From Nanobdellota archaeon (GTDB lineage: Archaea > Nanobdellota > Nanobdellia > Woesearchaeales > UBA583), in the NCBI GenBank assembly GCA_048625195.1, contig JBMCRE010000002.1:1747-65746 (forward strand): DNA of 64,000 nt, given 5' to 3'. Shown here one piece after another: positions 18,676 through 29,030 of this stretch. The position numbers were made by a program, and so were the translations under genes. Position 1 is the first letter of the stretch, and each line of letters starts with the position of its first letter. Under the pieces are notes generated by a model, which saw only the letters and a program-made list of their open reading frames with translations, ran no database searches and was not told the origin of the DNA.

Positions 18676-20643
18676 TTATTTGAAATATTTTTTTATTTTA
18701 TCTTTAATACTTTTATTGCTCTCTTTCCAATCAAGTACATGTTCTAAAACTTCACTAAATTGTTTAACAGGTATAATTTTAATCAGTCCTATTTTATCAT
18801 CTGGAATAACAATATCTTTCATATTTGATTCAGGGACAACAACGGTTTTTATTCCACTTAAAATTGCTCCTTCTATTTTTGCAGACACTCCTCCAATAGG
18901 TAAAACTTCTCCTCTAATTGATAAAGATCCCGTTAATGCATAATCTTGCTTAATAGATATATTTTTTAGTGCACTAACTATTGCAGTTGCAACTGCAATA
19001 GATGCACTATCTCCTTCAACACCACTATGAGTTTGTATAAATTGAATAAATACGCTATAATCTTTTTGTAAGTCAGTATTAAAAATTTTTTGGATTAGTG
19101 CTGAGATGTTAGTAACACTTTCTTTTGCAATTTCTCCTAGTCTTCCTGTAGCTATAAATTGAGACCCTTTTCCTCCTTTGACCACTTCTGCTTCAATAGG
19201 CATCACCATTCCTGTATAAGGAGGCACATGACCAATTACTGCCAACCCATTAACTTTACCTATAATGGATCCTTTTGTAGTTATTAATGAATAGTTTTTC
19301 TTGATTTGAGTATATCTGAAAATCATTTGTTGTTCAACTGATTTAACCTTTTGTAATGCTAATAAAACGTCCTTTTCGTGAGTAAGTTTTCCACCTCTTT
19401 CAACTGCTATATCTCCAGCGGCTCTAACTATACCTCCTAAATCTCTAAATCTAGTAGTTAATTTGTTACCTTTATCTCCTCTTTTTTTTGCTTCAAATAC
19501 TATTATATCACATGCTTGTGGAGTAAAGTGTGGAATTTTAGTGTCTTTTTTTACTTCTTGTGCAATAAACTGAATGATTTTCTTTCTATTTGAAATATTG
19601 TCTTGCATATAATCATTCATGTAAATCTCGTATCCATATCCTCTAATCCTTGACCTTAATGCTGGATGCATATGCTTTAAAGTTTCTAAATTACCAGCTG
19701 CAACTAAAACAAAATCAGTTGGAACTGGTGTGGTTCTAACCATTGCTCCTGCTGATCTTTCAGATCTTCCAGTTATTGGCATTTGTTTTTCTTGAATAGC
19801 GGTTAATAACTCTTGTTGCATCTCGGGTTTTAATGTTGCAATTTCATCAATAAATAATACACCACCATTAGCTTTGTGAATCATACCAGCTACAACTCTT
19901 TGATGAGCAGGAGTACCCATACCGCCACTTTGAAAAGGATCATGGAGTACATCACCTAGTAGTGCTCCTTCATGAGCTCCAGATGCATCTTCAAAAATCA
20001 TTTTTTTGCCTAAGTTATCCACTATTAATTTTGGAACGCTAGCATCATTTCCTCCTCCCATAGCCTTTCTAGAGACAGCTGTTGATAGAATAATTGCAAA
20101 TATTAAAAATCCTATAATAAATATATCAGCTATTATCCAGGCTGCATAGATTATGTCAGTAAATGCAGGGTCTGTTTTCCATTTCCACCAATGGTACCAA
20201 GAAATTCCCAAACCAAGAACTAAAAAAAGAATTAAAAACAATCCTTGTCCTCTCATCGATTTTAGTTGAGTAACTTTATCTTTGTCAACTATTTTTTGTC
20301 CATCTCCACCTTTTGTAACTTTTATAATAGGATTATTCTCATCTTTTGGATTAGGATAAGATAAAATATCTAGAGCATTTTTTGTAGATAAAGTTTCTGC
20401 TAATGCTTTTCCAAGCATAGATTTTCCAGTTCCAGGTTCTCCTAGGAGTAATACATGTCTTCCTTGTGCAGCAGCTTTTTTAATTATCTCTAACGCCTCT
20501 TCTTGGCCTATTACATTATCATAAATAATTTGTGAAGTTTTAATATCTTTAGTACTATGAAAATTAAGATATTTATTTTTATCAATATTGTTATTGTTAT
20601 TATTATTTAAAGACTTTTTTTTAATAGTTTGTTCTTTGCTCAT
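18676..20643 (-). CDS. lonB: archaeal membrane-bound Lon protease (LonB)
   Basis: AAA+ Walker A GEPGTGKS and Walker B LFIDE. Two TM helices are inserted in the ATPase domain. The C-terminal Lon protease domain has GDSAS. Confidence 0.9.
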   Translation of the reverse strand: MSKEQTIKKKSLNNNNNNNIDKNKYLNFHSTKDIKTSQIIYDNVIGQEEALEIIKKAAAQGRHVLLLGEPGTGKSMLGKALAETLSTKNALDILSYPNPKDENNPIIKVTKGGDGQKIVDKDKVTQLKSMRGQGLFLILFLVLGLGISWYHWWKWKTDPAFTDIIYAAWIIADIFIIGFLIFAIILSTAVSRKAMGGGNDASVPKLIVDNLGKKMIFEDASGAHEGALLGDVLHDPFQSGGMGTPAHQRVVAGMIHKANGGVLFIDEIATLKPEMQQELLTAIQEKQMPITGRSERSAGAMVRTTPVPTDFVLVAAGNLETLKHMHPALRSRIRGYGYEIYMNDYMQDNISNRKKIIQFIAQEVKKDTKIPHFTPQACDIIVFEAKKRGDKGNKLTTRFRDLGGIVRAAGDIAVERGGKLTHEKDVLLALQKVKSVEQQMIFRYTQIKKNYSLITTKGSIIGKVNGLAVIGHVPPYTGMVMPIEAEVVKGGKGSQFIATGRLGEIAKESVTNISALIQKIFNTDLQKDYSVFIQFIQTHSGVEGDSASIAVATAIVSALKNISIKQDYALTGSLSIRGEVLPIGGVSAKIEGAILSGIKTVVVPESNMKDIVIPDDKIGLIKIIPVKQFSEVLEHVLDWKESNKSIKDKIKKYFK

Positions 20644-20765
20644 TTTTTATTATAATTTATAAGTATAACAATACATTTAAAAACATTTTCTTTAATATTA
20701 TAGTAAAAATAAATTTTATAAAAAATAATGAATAAAAAATACATGTAATAAGATGGATAAATAAG

Positions 20766-21371
20766 ATGGATAAGAATAAAAAATTAAAGGAATTAAAGTT
20801 AAAAATTATTAATGAATTGGAGTGTTCTTTAAAGGTAAATTCAAATAATATAGTTTTTGGAAAAGGGAATATTGATGCTAAAATAATGCTTATAGGAGAA
20901 GCTCCTGGAGTTCAAGAAGATTTGCAAGGGATTCCTTTTTGTGGTAGATCAGGAAAAGAATTAAATAAATTATTAAATCATATAAATTTAAATATTGACG
21001 ATGTTTATATTACAAATATTCTAAAATATAGACCTCAAAAAAATCAAAATCCAACAATTGAACAAATAAAAAATCATACTCCTTACTTAATTGAACAAAT
21101 AAAAATTATTAAACCAAAAATTATTGTAACATTAGGAAATTATTCTACGAAATTTGTATTATCTGGGTTTGAAATCGAGAAGATGATAGAAGTAGATGGT
21201 ATTTCAAAAATACATGGTATACTTAAAAATATTAAATTTAATAATTCTGAATTTATAGTAATGCCTATATATCATCCTGCAGCAATGTTATATAAACCAC
21301 AATTAAAAGAAGATTTTCAAAATGATTTTGAAAAGATAAAAAAAATAATTGATGAAGATTTAAAGAATTAG
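20766..21371 (+). CDS. udg: uracil-DNA glycosylase, family 4-like
   Basis: GEAPGVQEDLQGIPFCGRSGKELNKLL and HPAAMLY motifs. Confidence 0.8.
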   Translation: MDKNKKLKELKLKIINELECSLKVNSNNIVFGKGNIDAKIMLIGEAPGVQEDLQGIPFCGRSGKELNKLLNHINLNIDDVYITNILKYRPQKNQNPTIEQIKNHTPYLIEQIKIIKPKIIVTLGNYSTKFVLSGFEIEKMIEVDGISKIHGILKNIKFNNSEFIVMPIYHPAAMLYKPQLKEDFQNDFEKIKKIIDEDLKN

Positions 21372-21405
21372 AGAATCTAAAGTTTCTTGTTAATTTCTTT
21401 AACTC

Positions 21406-22257
21406 TTAATCTCTAAAGTTATTTTTAATCATTTCAATTTGTTTGGAATATGATAAATTTCGTGTAGGGGTTTCTAAAATTAGTGGGATGTTTTTATTTT
21501 TTGCAAAATTAACAATTTCTATCAATCCGATTTTACCGATTTTACCAAAAGTTAAATCTTCATGTCTATCTATTTTTGAACCTGCATCTCTTTGTGAATC
21601 GTTTAGATGAATACAATCAATTTTCTCAATTCCTATATTATTTTCAAAATCTCTTATCCAATTTAATACGCCTGATTTAGTAGATAAATCATATCCTGCA
21701 GCATGTGAGTGGCATGTGTCTATGCAGAAAGTAATTCTTTTTTTTTGTTCATTATTAAATAAGTTATAAATTTCTTTTAGTTCACTAAATTTATATCCTA
21801 TCTCTGTTCCTTGACCTGCTGTATTTTCAAATATAACTTTTGTGTTTTTTGGAGTCCTTGCAAGAACTAGATTAACTGAATCTACGATATTTTTGTAGGC
21901 GATTTGTTTAGTCATGTCAAGATATTTACCAATATGTAAAACAACTCCTCTTCCACCTAATTGGTCAATTCTTTTCAAATCGTCAATTAAGGATTCAATT
22001 GACCATGAATATTCTTTAGGATTTTTTGCAAAATTCAATAGATAAGAACAATGTCCCACTAAAAACATTTTTTTTTCTTTTAAAAAACTTAATGCTTCTT
22101 TGGCATCTTTTTGGTTGACTGGTTTGCCTGATCTTCCTCTTGGATTTTTTAAAAATATCTGAACACTATTTCCACCTATAGAATCAATATTTTTTAAAGC
22201 CATCAAATATCCCATACTAATAGAAGAATGTGCTCCTATATATAATTTCTTTTCCAT
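21406..22257 (-). CDS. nfo: endonuclease IV (AP endonuclease family 2)
   Basis: TIM-barrel Nfo pattern: GAHSSI, VLHIG, FENTAGQG, CIDTCHSHAAGYD, IHLNDS, DRHE. Confidence 0.9.
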   Translation of the reverse strand: MEKKLYIGAHSSISMGYLMALKNIDSIGGNSVQIFLKNPRGRSGKPVNQKDAKEALSFLKEKKMFLVGHCSYLLNFAKNPKEYSWSIESLIDDLKRIDQLGGRGVVLHIGKYLDMTKQIAYKNIVDSVNLVLARTPKNTKVIFENTAGQGTEIGYKFSELKEIYNLFNNEQKKRITFCIDTCHSHAAGYDLSTKSGVLNWIRDFENNIGIEKIDCIHLNDSQRDAGSKIDRHEDLTFGKIGKIGLIEIVNFAKNKNIPLILETPTRNLSYSKQIEMIKNNFRD

Positions 22258-22545
22258 AATATAAGTATAAATTTATTTGTTTATAAATTTTAATATATAG
22301 TATATGCTAAATGATTAGAATAACTGAAATGAACACTATGTTTTGAAAATAAATAATATTAAACTTTTAATTAAAAGTAAAAAAATAAATTCTGATTAAT
22401 AAATATTTTACTATATAGTTGATTTTAAACTATAAAGTCATATTATAATAATTATTATAATAATAAGTCATAATTAATTAAGATTTTACTCAATAACATT
22501 ATAAATACAAATATAAAATTTAAAAATATATTAATAAAAAACTTA

Positions 22546-23826
22546 TTAATATTCTTCTCTAAATACCTTATCGATGATATCATTTGGTATGTGGGCAGAT
22601 TGTAATGCTCTATATATTTGGTCTTTTCTGTAACTATCTTTATTTTCTTTTACATATTTTGATGTTCTATTATATGTTTCTTGATATGTTGTTAAAACCT
22701 CTTTATGTTCTGTTGGAATTTCCTTTTTTTTGTTCGTTTTTGTATGTTTTAAACCTATTAATATTACTAAAAAAATACTGCCTACAGCTATGATTAGAAT
22801 TAGAATTGTTTTATCTGAATCATTATTTACATTTGTTCGATTATTATTTTGAACTATGTTTTCCTGATTACTTTTTGTTTGTTTTTCCTGATTATTTTCT
22901 TCTTCTAATGACTCATTTAATTCTTTGGAATTGTCTTCTTCGAGTAATACCTCACTTTGTTTTGTAACTTCTTCAACAACTGAGAACATACCCATATCTT
23001 CACTTGTGAATTTTATTTGTGAGTTTTCTTTTGTGAATTCTTTTTCTACCCATTGATTATTTGTAAAATTAAATTGATATAATTTTAATTTTTTATCTGT
23101 AATGTTTTCAATTGTTTTTATAATATTTATGTTCTCATAATTTGAATTGTAAGATGTTAACTCAAATATATTGATAGTATTATTTAATTTGTTTACAAAA
23201 TCGGATTTATCACTTATGATGATATCTGTTTTATTATTAATGGTTGTTTGTTTTAGTTGAATTGTAACACCCATTTCATCGTAGATGAACTCAATATCTT
23301 TTTCTATTGGTGAATTGTTTTGAAGTTCTATTGTGTCTTGTGCATGTACACATGGATTTGTCTGAAAAATTGTATACAAACTATTATAATTTTCTTCTTT
23401 GGGATTTATTTTAATTAAAAACTGAGATACCTCTGTAAATCTATAATTAAATTCTCCATTGTCGTTTGTTGTTGTTTCTGTTAGCACTGAAGATGATTCA
23501 AATGGTCCATCATAAATTGTTACATCTGCATCTTTTATCTTATGAAATTTTAAACAACCACTTTTACATTCTGTGCAATTCTCAACATCCCACTCACATT
23601 CATCTTCACAACCCTCTTGACATAAATTGTTCTCAATTTCTCTTTTGTTTTCATAATCAGTTTGATTATAAACTCTAAAATCAATGTCTATATTAACACA
23701 CCAACCATCATTATGTAGAGATAAATTTGTATAACTATCGTTATAGATGTCTGAAAAGGCCAAATTGGTATTATTAATAAATAATATTATTATTAACATT
23801 AATAAAAAAATTTTTTTCATAATCAA
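22546..23826 (-). CDS. secreted, C-terminally anchored surface protein
   Basis: Signal-peptide-like N-terminus and a Cys-rich block (CQEGCEDECEWDVENCTECKSGC). A carboxypeptidase-regulatory-like strand pattern follows (VTIYDG...TTNDNGEFNYRF). A late TM helix and a cytoplasmic tail complete it. Confidence 0.55.
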   Translation of the reverse strand: MIMKKIFLLMLIIILFINNTNLAFSDIYNDSYTNLSLHNDGWCVNIDIDFRVYNQTDYENKREIENNLCQEGCEDECEWDVENCTECKSGCLKFHKIKDADVTIYDGPFESSSVLTETTTNDNGEFNYRFTEVSQFLIKINPKEENYNSLYTIFQTNPCVHAQDTIELQNNSPIEKDIEFIYDEMGVTIQLKQTTINNKTDIIISDKSDFVNKLNNTINIFELTSYNSNYENINIIKTIENITDKKLKLYQFNFTNNQWVEKEFTKENSQIKFTSEDMGMFSVVEEVTKQSEVLLEEDNSKELNESLEEENNQEKQTKSNQENIVQNNNRTNVNNDSDKTILILIIAVGSIFLVILIGLKHTKTNKKKEIPTEHKEVLTTYQETYNRTSKYVKENKDSYRKDQIYRALQSAHIPNDIIDKVFREEY

Positions 23827-23881
23827 TATATTATTTCTCTTTTTATATTATCTCATTTTATTGATACAGTAAGAACAAATA

Positions 23882-23889
23882 TTTATAAA
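23882..23889 (+). promoter_or_regulatory. TATA box (TTTATAAA)
   Basis: The first T lies 30 nt upstream of the ATG at 23912. Confidence 0.5.
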
Positions 23890-23911
23890 GAGAAAATTAA
23901 ATTGATATATT

Positions 23912-24697
23912 ATGCCTTCAGAAAGTAATGGTTTAACTTATATAAAACCAGAAGAGAAGATATACGATATTGCAGTTAATAAAGAAATTATTGATTGGAA
24001 AAGTTTTTTGTATGACTTAATTTATACTCAAAATTTAGATCCTTGGAATATTGATTTATCTATTCTAACAAAAAAGTATATTGAATCTTTAAAAAAACTA
24101 AAAGAAATTGATTTTGATGTTTCTGGAAAATTTTTAACAATTGCAGTTTTTTTATTAAAAACAAAAACTCAAGCACTATTAGAAAAAGATATAAGAGGTA
24201 TGGATAATGCAATTGCAAGTGTTGAGGCAGATCAAGATGGTATAGAAGAATTAGATTCATTAGAAGAATTGGACAATATGATTGATCAAGAGAGTAGTAA
24301 AAAAAAAACTTATAAAATAACATATAGAAATCCTATTGCAAGAAAAAGAAAAGTTACTATTTTTGACTTAATTCAAACTTTGGAAAAAACAATAGAGCAA
24401 AGTAATAGAAGAAGAGAAAATTTTTTTCAAAGACATGGAAGTTCAAAATATGATGGTCCAATGTATCAAAAGAAACCAAAAGATTTAAAACAATTAATTA
24501 ATGAACTTTTAGATTTAATAGTTCAAAATATTAATGATAAAAAAGCACATGTGACTTTTTCACATATTACAAATGGAATTGAACACAAAATGGGAATTAT
24601 TGAAAAATTTATGCCTTTACTACATTTACATAATCAAAGTAGAGTAGAAGTTAAACAGAATTATCATTTTGGAGATATTGAAATTTATAAAAAATAA
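23912..24697 (+). CDS. scpA: segregation and condensation protein A (kleisin ScpA)
   Basis: The N-terminal block WKSFLYDLIYTQNLDPWNIDLSILTKKYIESLKKLKEIDFDVSGKFLTIAVFLLKTKTQALL fits the ScpA signature. Confidence 0.7.
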   Translation: MPSESNGLTYIKPEEKIYDIAVNKEIIDWKSFLYDLIYTQNLDPWNIDLSILTKKYIESLKKLKEIDFDVSGKFLTIAVFLLKTKTQALLEKDIRGMDNAIASVEADQDGIEELDSLEELDNMIDQESSKKKTYKITYRNPIARKRKVTIFDLIQTLEKTIEQSNRRRENFFQRHGSSKYDGPMYQKKPKDLKQLINELLDLIVQNINDKKAHVTFSHITNGIEHKMGIIEKFMPLLHLHNQSRVEVKQNYHFGDIEIYKK

Positions 24698-24769
24698 ATA
24701 TGTGTTATTAAACAATTAATAGTTAGATTTAAAAATATAAATGAATGCAATAATGTTATATATAAAAAA

Positions 24770-25231
24770 ATGGCAAGTGAATTAGGATTTACAATAGCAT
24801 TACCTTTAGTGGTAGGATTAATCGTAGGAATGATTGAAGCATTTTTTGTCTATGAAGATGAAAATATGACTAGTGGTAGAGATTTTTTAAAAGATATGTG
24901 GCATGGTCTTTTATTTGCAGTCATTGGAGTAATTGTTGCATCTAATGTTCCTTGGATAATGAACCATTTTATACCTGAGAATTTTCATGGATTTTTATTA
25001 GTTGATGGTAATGGAAATAGTATTGTTGTATCTAGTTTCATTGCTATATTTATGTTTCTAAAAATGGTTGCATCTCATAAAATTAGAGGAGTTGCAAGTA
25101 GAGGTTTTTCAGAAAAGCCAATACATAAATTAATTGTTGCTTTGTTAATTGGTTTTGCTCCTTATTATATATTATTGATAGCACCAATGCTAACACCAAT
25201 AACTGATAATTTACCTGATTGGATTGTATAA
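24770..25231 (+). CDS. hypothetical integral membrane protein
   Basis: 153 aa with about four hydrophobic helices. No motif recognised. Confidence 0.5.
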   Translation: MASELGFTIALPLVVGLIVGMIEAFFVYEDENMTSGRDFLKDMWHGLLFAVIGVIVASNVPWIMNHFIPENFHGFLLVDGNGNSIVVSSFIAIFMFLKMVASHKIRGVASRGFSEKPIHKLIVALLIGFAPYYILLIAPMLTPITDNLPDWIV

Positions 25232-25261
25232 AATTTATTTTTTGTTTTTTAATATATAAAT

Positions 25262-25948
25262 ATGGTTATAAATACAAAGATTAAATTAGTTAAAATAGTC
25301 AAAGAAATTTCTGATATGTATACTTTTATTTTTGAATTGCCTAAAAATATTTTATGGAATTCTGGTCAATATGCAATTTTTTATTTTGATGATTTGGATG
25401 TTAATGAGAAAAAAGATAAATTTAAAGTTTTTTCTATTAGTTCTTCGGTTAAAGAAGGTAAGGTTATGTTTTCTACAAGAATAAATCCTAATTGTTCCAA
25501 ATTCAAAAAAAAATTATTATCTATGAAAAAAAATGATCAAATTGGTATTAAAATCCCTTTTGGAAGTTTTAATATAACTAGAAATGAAAATGAAATTATT
25601 GGAATCACACAAGGAATTGGAATTACTCCTTTTAGAGCAATTATATATGATTTATTTAATGATGATAATTTAAAAAATATAAGTTTTAATTTAATATATT
25701 ATGATGAATTAAATAATTATTTGTATTATGATGAATTAGAAGAGTTTTCTAAAAGTAAGAATATTAATATTATTTTTATATCTAATTTAAAATTATATGA
25801 TGAAACTATAAAAAAATATTCATTGTTGTATAAAAACAATGCGTCCTATTTTATTTCTGGTTCACCATTAATTGTTGAAAATATTAAAAATAAATTAAAT
25901 AATATTGAAAATAATAAAATAAAATATGATGCTTTTTATGGTTATTGA
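25262..25948 (+). CDS. ferredoxin-NADP reductase-like FAD/NAD(P)-binding oxidoreductase
   Basis: FNR-fold pattern: GQYAIFYF, FSISS (RxYS-like), GITQGIGITPFRAI (NAD(P) GxGxxP). It converges on fprA and overlaps it by 7 nt. Confidence 0.6.
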   Translation: MVINTKIKLVKIVKEISDMYTFIFELPKNILWNSGQYAIFYFDDLDVNEKKDKFKVFSISSSVKEGKVMFSTRINPNCSKFKKKLLSMKKNDQIGIKIPFGSFNITRNENEIIGITQGIGITPFRAIIYDLFNDDNLKNISFNLIYYDELNNYLYYDELEEFSKSKNINIIFISNLKLYDETIKKYSLLYKNNASYFISGSPLIVENIKNKLNNIENNKIKYDAFYGY

Positions 25949-27099
25949 TTTTTTATTTTACTTTCTATTTGAATGGATAATTCATCTAATTCATTAAAGT
26001 TTTTTGGTTTTCCCTTAATTAATACGCTATCTAAATATTCACATTTGAATCTTTTTGTCATTTCTTTGATTTGTTTTTCAATTATTTGTCCCCAACCGTA
26101 TGAACCTATAATTCCTATTAATTGTGTTTTAGGTCTTAGTGTATTTAATAAAAAAATAATGTTTGCCATTTTAGGGTGAATAGATGTTAAAAATGCTGGT
26201 GTTGCAAATATTATACATTTAGCTGACATTGATTCTAAAACTAAATTGCTTACATCTTCTTTTGATATATTTAATAGTTTTACTTCTATATTTTTTTCTT
26301 GTAATTTATCATTTAGATATTGTGACATTAGTTTTGTACTATTATGCATTGAAACATAATATATTAATACTTTGTTTTCGCATTCATCACTTATCCATTT
26401 TTTATATTTGTTTATTATGAATTGAGGATTATTATGCAATTGTCCATGTGAAGGAGCAATTATATTCATTTGATAATGTGATAATTTTTCAATGTTTGAT
26501 TTTATCTGTCCTCTAAAAGGCATCATTATTTCTACAAAATATCTTTTTAAATAATCTAATATTTCTTTTTGATTTTGTATATATAATTGTTCACTTGCAA
26601 TGTGAGACCCAAAAAAATCACATGAAAATAATATTTTTTCTTCAATTAAATATGTACACATTGTTTCTGGCCAATGCACCCATGGAGTAAATATGAATTT
26701 TAAATTTTTATATCCTAAATCTAATGTGTCGTTATCTTCAATTATGTAAAATTTATCTATTGGAATATCTAACAGATTTATTAATAATTCTTGACATTTT
26801 AAATTACATATTATTTTTATATTTGGATATATTTTTAATACATCTTCTATTGAACCACTATGATCTTGTTCTGCATGATTTATAATAAGATAATCAATAT
26901 TAAATTCTTTTATATTGTTTAAAAATTCTTCTTTAAATGTCGGATCTACTGTATCAATTAAAGCAGTTTTATTAAATCCTTGAACAATATATGAATTATA
27001 ACTTGTTCCATTTGGTAAGTCCATTATTTCATCAAATGTTTTTCTATTATAATCTCTGACACCTACTTCAAAAACTCCTGGAATTATTTCTCGTTTCAT
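25942..27099 (-). CDS. fprA: flavodiiron protein (FprA family, metallo-beta-lactamase + flavodoxin domains)
   Basis: Diiron motif [10 protein letters not shown] (HxExDH) in an N-terminal beta-lactamase-like domain, followed by a C-terminal flavodoxin-like domain. Confidence 0.85.
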   Translation of the reverse strand: MKREIIPGVFEVGVRDYNRKTFDEIMDLPNGTSYNSYIVQGFNKTALIDTVDPTFKEEFLNNIKEFNIDYLIINHAEQDHSGSIEDVLKIYPNIKIICNLKCQELLINLLDIPIDKFYIIEDNDTLDLGYKNLKFIFTPWVHWPETMCTYLIEEKILFSCDFFGSHIASEQLYIQNQKEILDYLKRYFVEIMMPFRGQIKSNIEKLSHYQMNIIAPSHGQLHNNPQFIINKYKKWISDECENKVLIYYVSMHNSTKLMSQYLNDKLQEKNIEVKLLNISKEDVSNLVLESMSAKCIIFATPAFLTSIHPKMANIIFLLNTLRPKTQLIGIIGSYGWGQIIEKQIKEMTKRFKCEYLDSVLIKGKPKNFNELDELSIQIESKIKNQ

Positions 27100-27233
27100 T
27101 CAACTATCTCAAAAGCATCTTTGCCTGCTCCACAATCTGGACAAACCCAATCTTGAGGTAAATCTGAAAATTTTACATCTTCAGTTTCTTCATCATATAT
27201 ATAATCACAAACTGTGCATCTATACTTTGCCAT
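27096..27233 (-). CDS. rub: rubredoxin
   Basis: Not in the ORF track. Base-by-base reverse complement gives a 45-aa protein, [45 protein letters not shown]. It has CxxC...W.CPxCG. Its TGA overlaps the fprA ATG (ATGA). Confidence 0.85.
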   Translation of the reverse strand: MAKYRCTVCDYIYDEETEDVKFSDLPQDWVCPDCGAGKDAFEIVE

Positions 27234-27254
27234 AAAAAAGTGTAAAAAAGATTT

Positions 27255-27262
27255 ATTATAAA
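27255..27262 (-). promoter_or_regulatory. TATA box (TTTATAAT on minus strand) for the rub-fprA operon
   Basis: The first T of the box lies 29 nt upstream of the rubredoxin ATG at 27233. Confidence 0.45.
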
Positions 27263-27432
27263 TGTTATTTACAACTATATGTTAGATAATTTTTTTAAAA
27301 GAATAAAAAGAATAAAATCAATAATCTCAATTAAAAAATAAAAAATAAAAGCAAAAAAAGTATAAGTGTAGGAATAACAAAACAAATATTATTTTGAAAT
27401 AATTAGTTAAATTATATCCTGAGAATTTTTTA

Positions 27433-27843
27433 TTAATTATCTATAATTGAGAATGAACCTCTTAAGACATTATTCTCTAAAGCTACTAATATATCTACAA
27501 TTCCATCCTCTTGAGTATTGCAATCTGAAATATTAATCTTATTTATGCCTGGTATTAATATCTCATTATTAGTTATGTTGCAATTAATATTTTTGATTTC
27601 TAATCTTAATATTGTTTGATTGTATTTTAAATTATTGAGTAAGTATATCTCATCTTTAGTAATACCTTCCACTTTTAAACCTTGAGAGTTTAAGTTTTCT
27701 TCTCTTGAATTTTCAATTAAATTAGAAGTGTAATATATATAACTATTTTTAATTAAAATAAATCCTATAACTGTAACTCCTAATAGTAATGTTATTGCAA
27801 CAATTGAATGCATTGCTTTTTTTTCTTTAAAAATACTATTCAT
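27433..27843 (-). CDS. archaeal type IV pilin-like protein (class III signal peptide)
   Basis: N-terminus KEKKAMHSIVAITLLLGVTVIGFILI is a short basic leader followed by a hydrophobic helix, as in archaeal pilins. Confidence 0.5.
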   Translation of the reverse strand: MNSIFKEKKAMHSIVAITLLLGVTVIGFILIKNSYIYYTSNLIENSREENLNSQGLKVEGITKDEIYLLNNLKYNQTILRLEIKNINCNITNNEILIPGINKINISDCNTQEDGIVDILVALENNVLRGSFSIIDN

Positions 27844-28442
27844 AATATTACTTTAAGAAATATTCTTTTATTAATTTATTGTAACTCTTTAGTGTTTTGA
27901 GTATTTTTTCAAAAACAATAAGATTTTTATACACAATTATATACATTAATTAAAAACATAAAAAGTAAATTTTATATATTCATTAAAATAATTATTTCTA
28001 TGATAAATATATTATTCAACCAAAGTGTTTGTGAATATACACTAAAAGACAAAATTAACAATGTGAAATCCATAAGAAATGTGCCTATAAGATTTAAACT
28101 TAATGATAAAACTGCAAAATTTAGAAAAGAAATTTTAATTAAAGAAATTTTTAATAAATAATTGTTTTTATTGTTTTTTTATTTTGATCAAGTTTGAGAT
28201 TATAAAATAAAGAATTAATTACTAAAATAAACTCATAATGAAATTTAACTTGCAAAAATATGTAATTAATTTTCTAGAAATAATTTATAACGTAATAAAA
28301 AAACAATGACTCAAACTACTCCATCAAAAACCGATAAAGGACTTATTGTGCCTGACTTGATTTTTTTGCTCATCTGTTGAATTTAAACCCACTGCAAGCT
28401 GATGAGTTAATCTTAAAAAAATAAAAAAAATTATTAATTTAT

Positions 28443-29030
28443 TTATGGATATAAATAAGTAATAACTGATGTCATTGCTGAAGGTGTTGTTAATTGAACT
28501 GGTTTTACAGCACCATTTTTAGTTAATAATCTTAGAGTTGCTGTTTCTCCTTCTTCAATATCATCAACAGAATTATAAGTAAAAGTAATTTCTGCTAAAT
28601 CTCCAACATTTAAGTATCCGTCTAAATGATTGGAACCATTAATTTTATATGTTATACCATATTCTGTAGTATCAAATCCATCATCTCCACTATATGTAGT
28701 AGATTGTGTTCCTGTCATAGTATCGAATCTTAATAATAAGTCTTCTAATTTAACAGGAGCACTTCCTGATCCTAGTCTTACAACTAGCGTTACATTATCA
28801 TCACCAACAGTAATACTTCCATCACTTGTTGATTTTGCAAGTACTTGGATTACTTCAATATCTGTTGTAATTTTCTCTTGTGATTGTCTTCCTACATCTA
28901 ATGATTTAGATTGTAAAGAAGATGCCGTTTGTATTAATACGCCTGCAGCTACTGCAGCTACTAATATCATTGCTATAAATATAATTAGCGTCCCAATTCC
29001 TTGAGCTGCTTTTTTTTCTTTCATTACCAT
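28443..29030 (-). CDS. arlB: archaellin (archaeal flagellin FlaB/ArlB)
   Basis: N-terminus KKAAQGIGTLIIFIAMILVAAVAAGVLIQTASSLQSKSLDVGRQSQEKI is the highly conserved archaellin signal and N-terminal helix. Confidence 0.85.
   Translation of the reverse strand: MVMKEKKAAQGIGTLIIFIAMILVAAVAAGVLIQTASSLQSKSLDVGRQSQEKITTDIEVIQVLAKSTSDGSITVGDDNVTLVVRLGSGSAPVKLEDLLLRFDTMTGTQSTTYSGDDGFDTTEYGITYKINGSNHLDGYLNVGDLAEITFTYNSVDDIEEGETATLRLLTKNGAVKPVQLTTPSAMTSVITYLYP

Noticed and set aside
22258-22545. Long AT-rich intergenic region containing the palindrome TATAATAATTATTATA and a repeated aagtcata motif, considered as a replication origin
   Set aside because: There is no adjacent orc1/cdc6 gene and no recognisable ORB-type repeats. 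Short AT palindromes are expected in this composition.
28369-28406. CUGAUGAG (28399-28406) resembles a hammerhead core or a C box, and it pairs with CTCATC at 28369
   Set aside because: There is no GAAA core partner or correctly placed cleavage triplet for a hammerhead. There is no RUGAUGA/CUGA box pair with a terminal stem for a C/D sRNA. The 6-bp stem encloses a 26-nt loop in the region downstream of the archaellin stop, so it is most simply chance or a weak terminator element.
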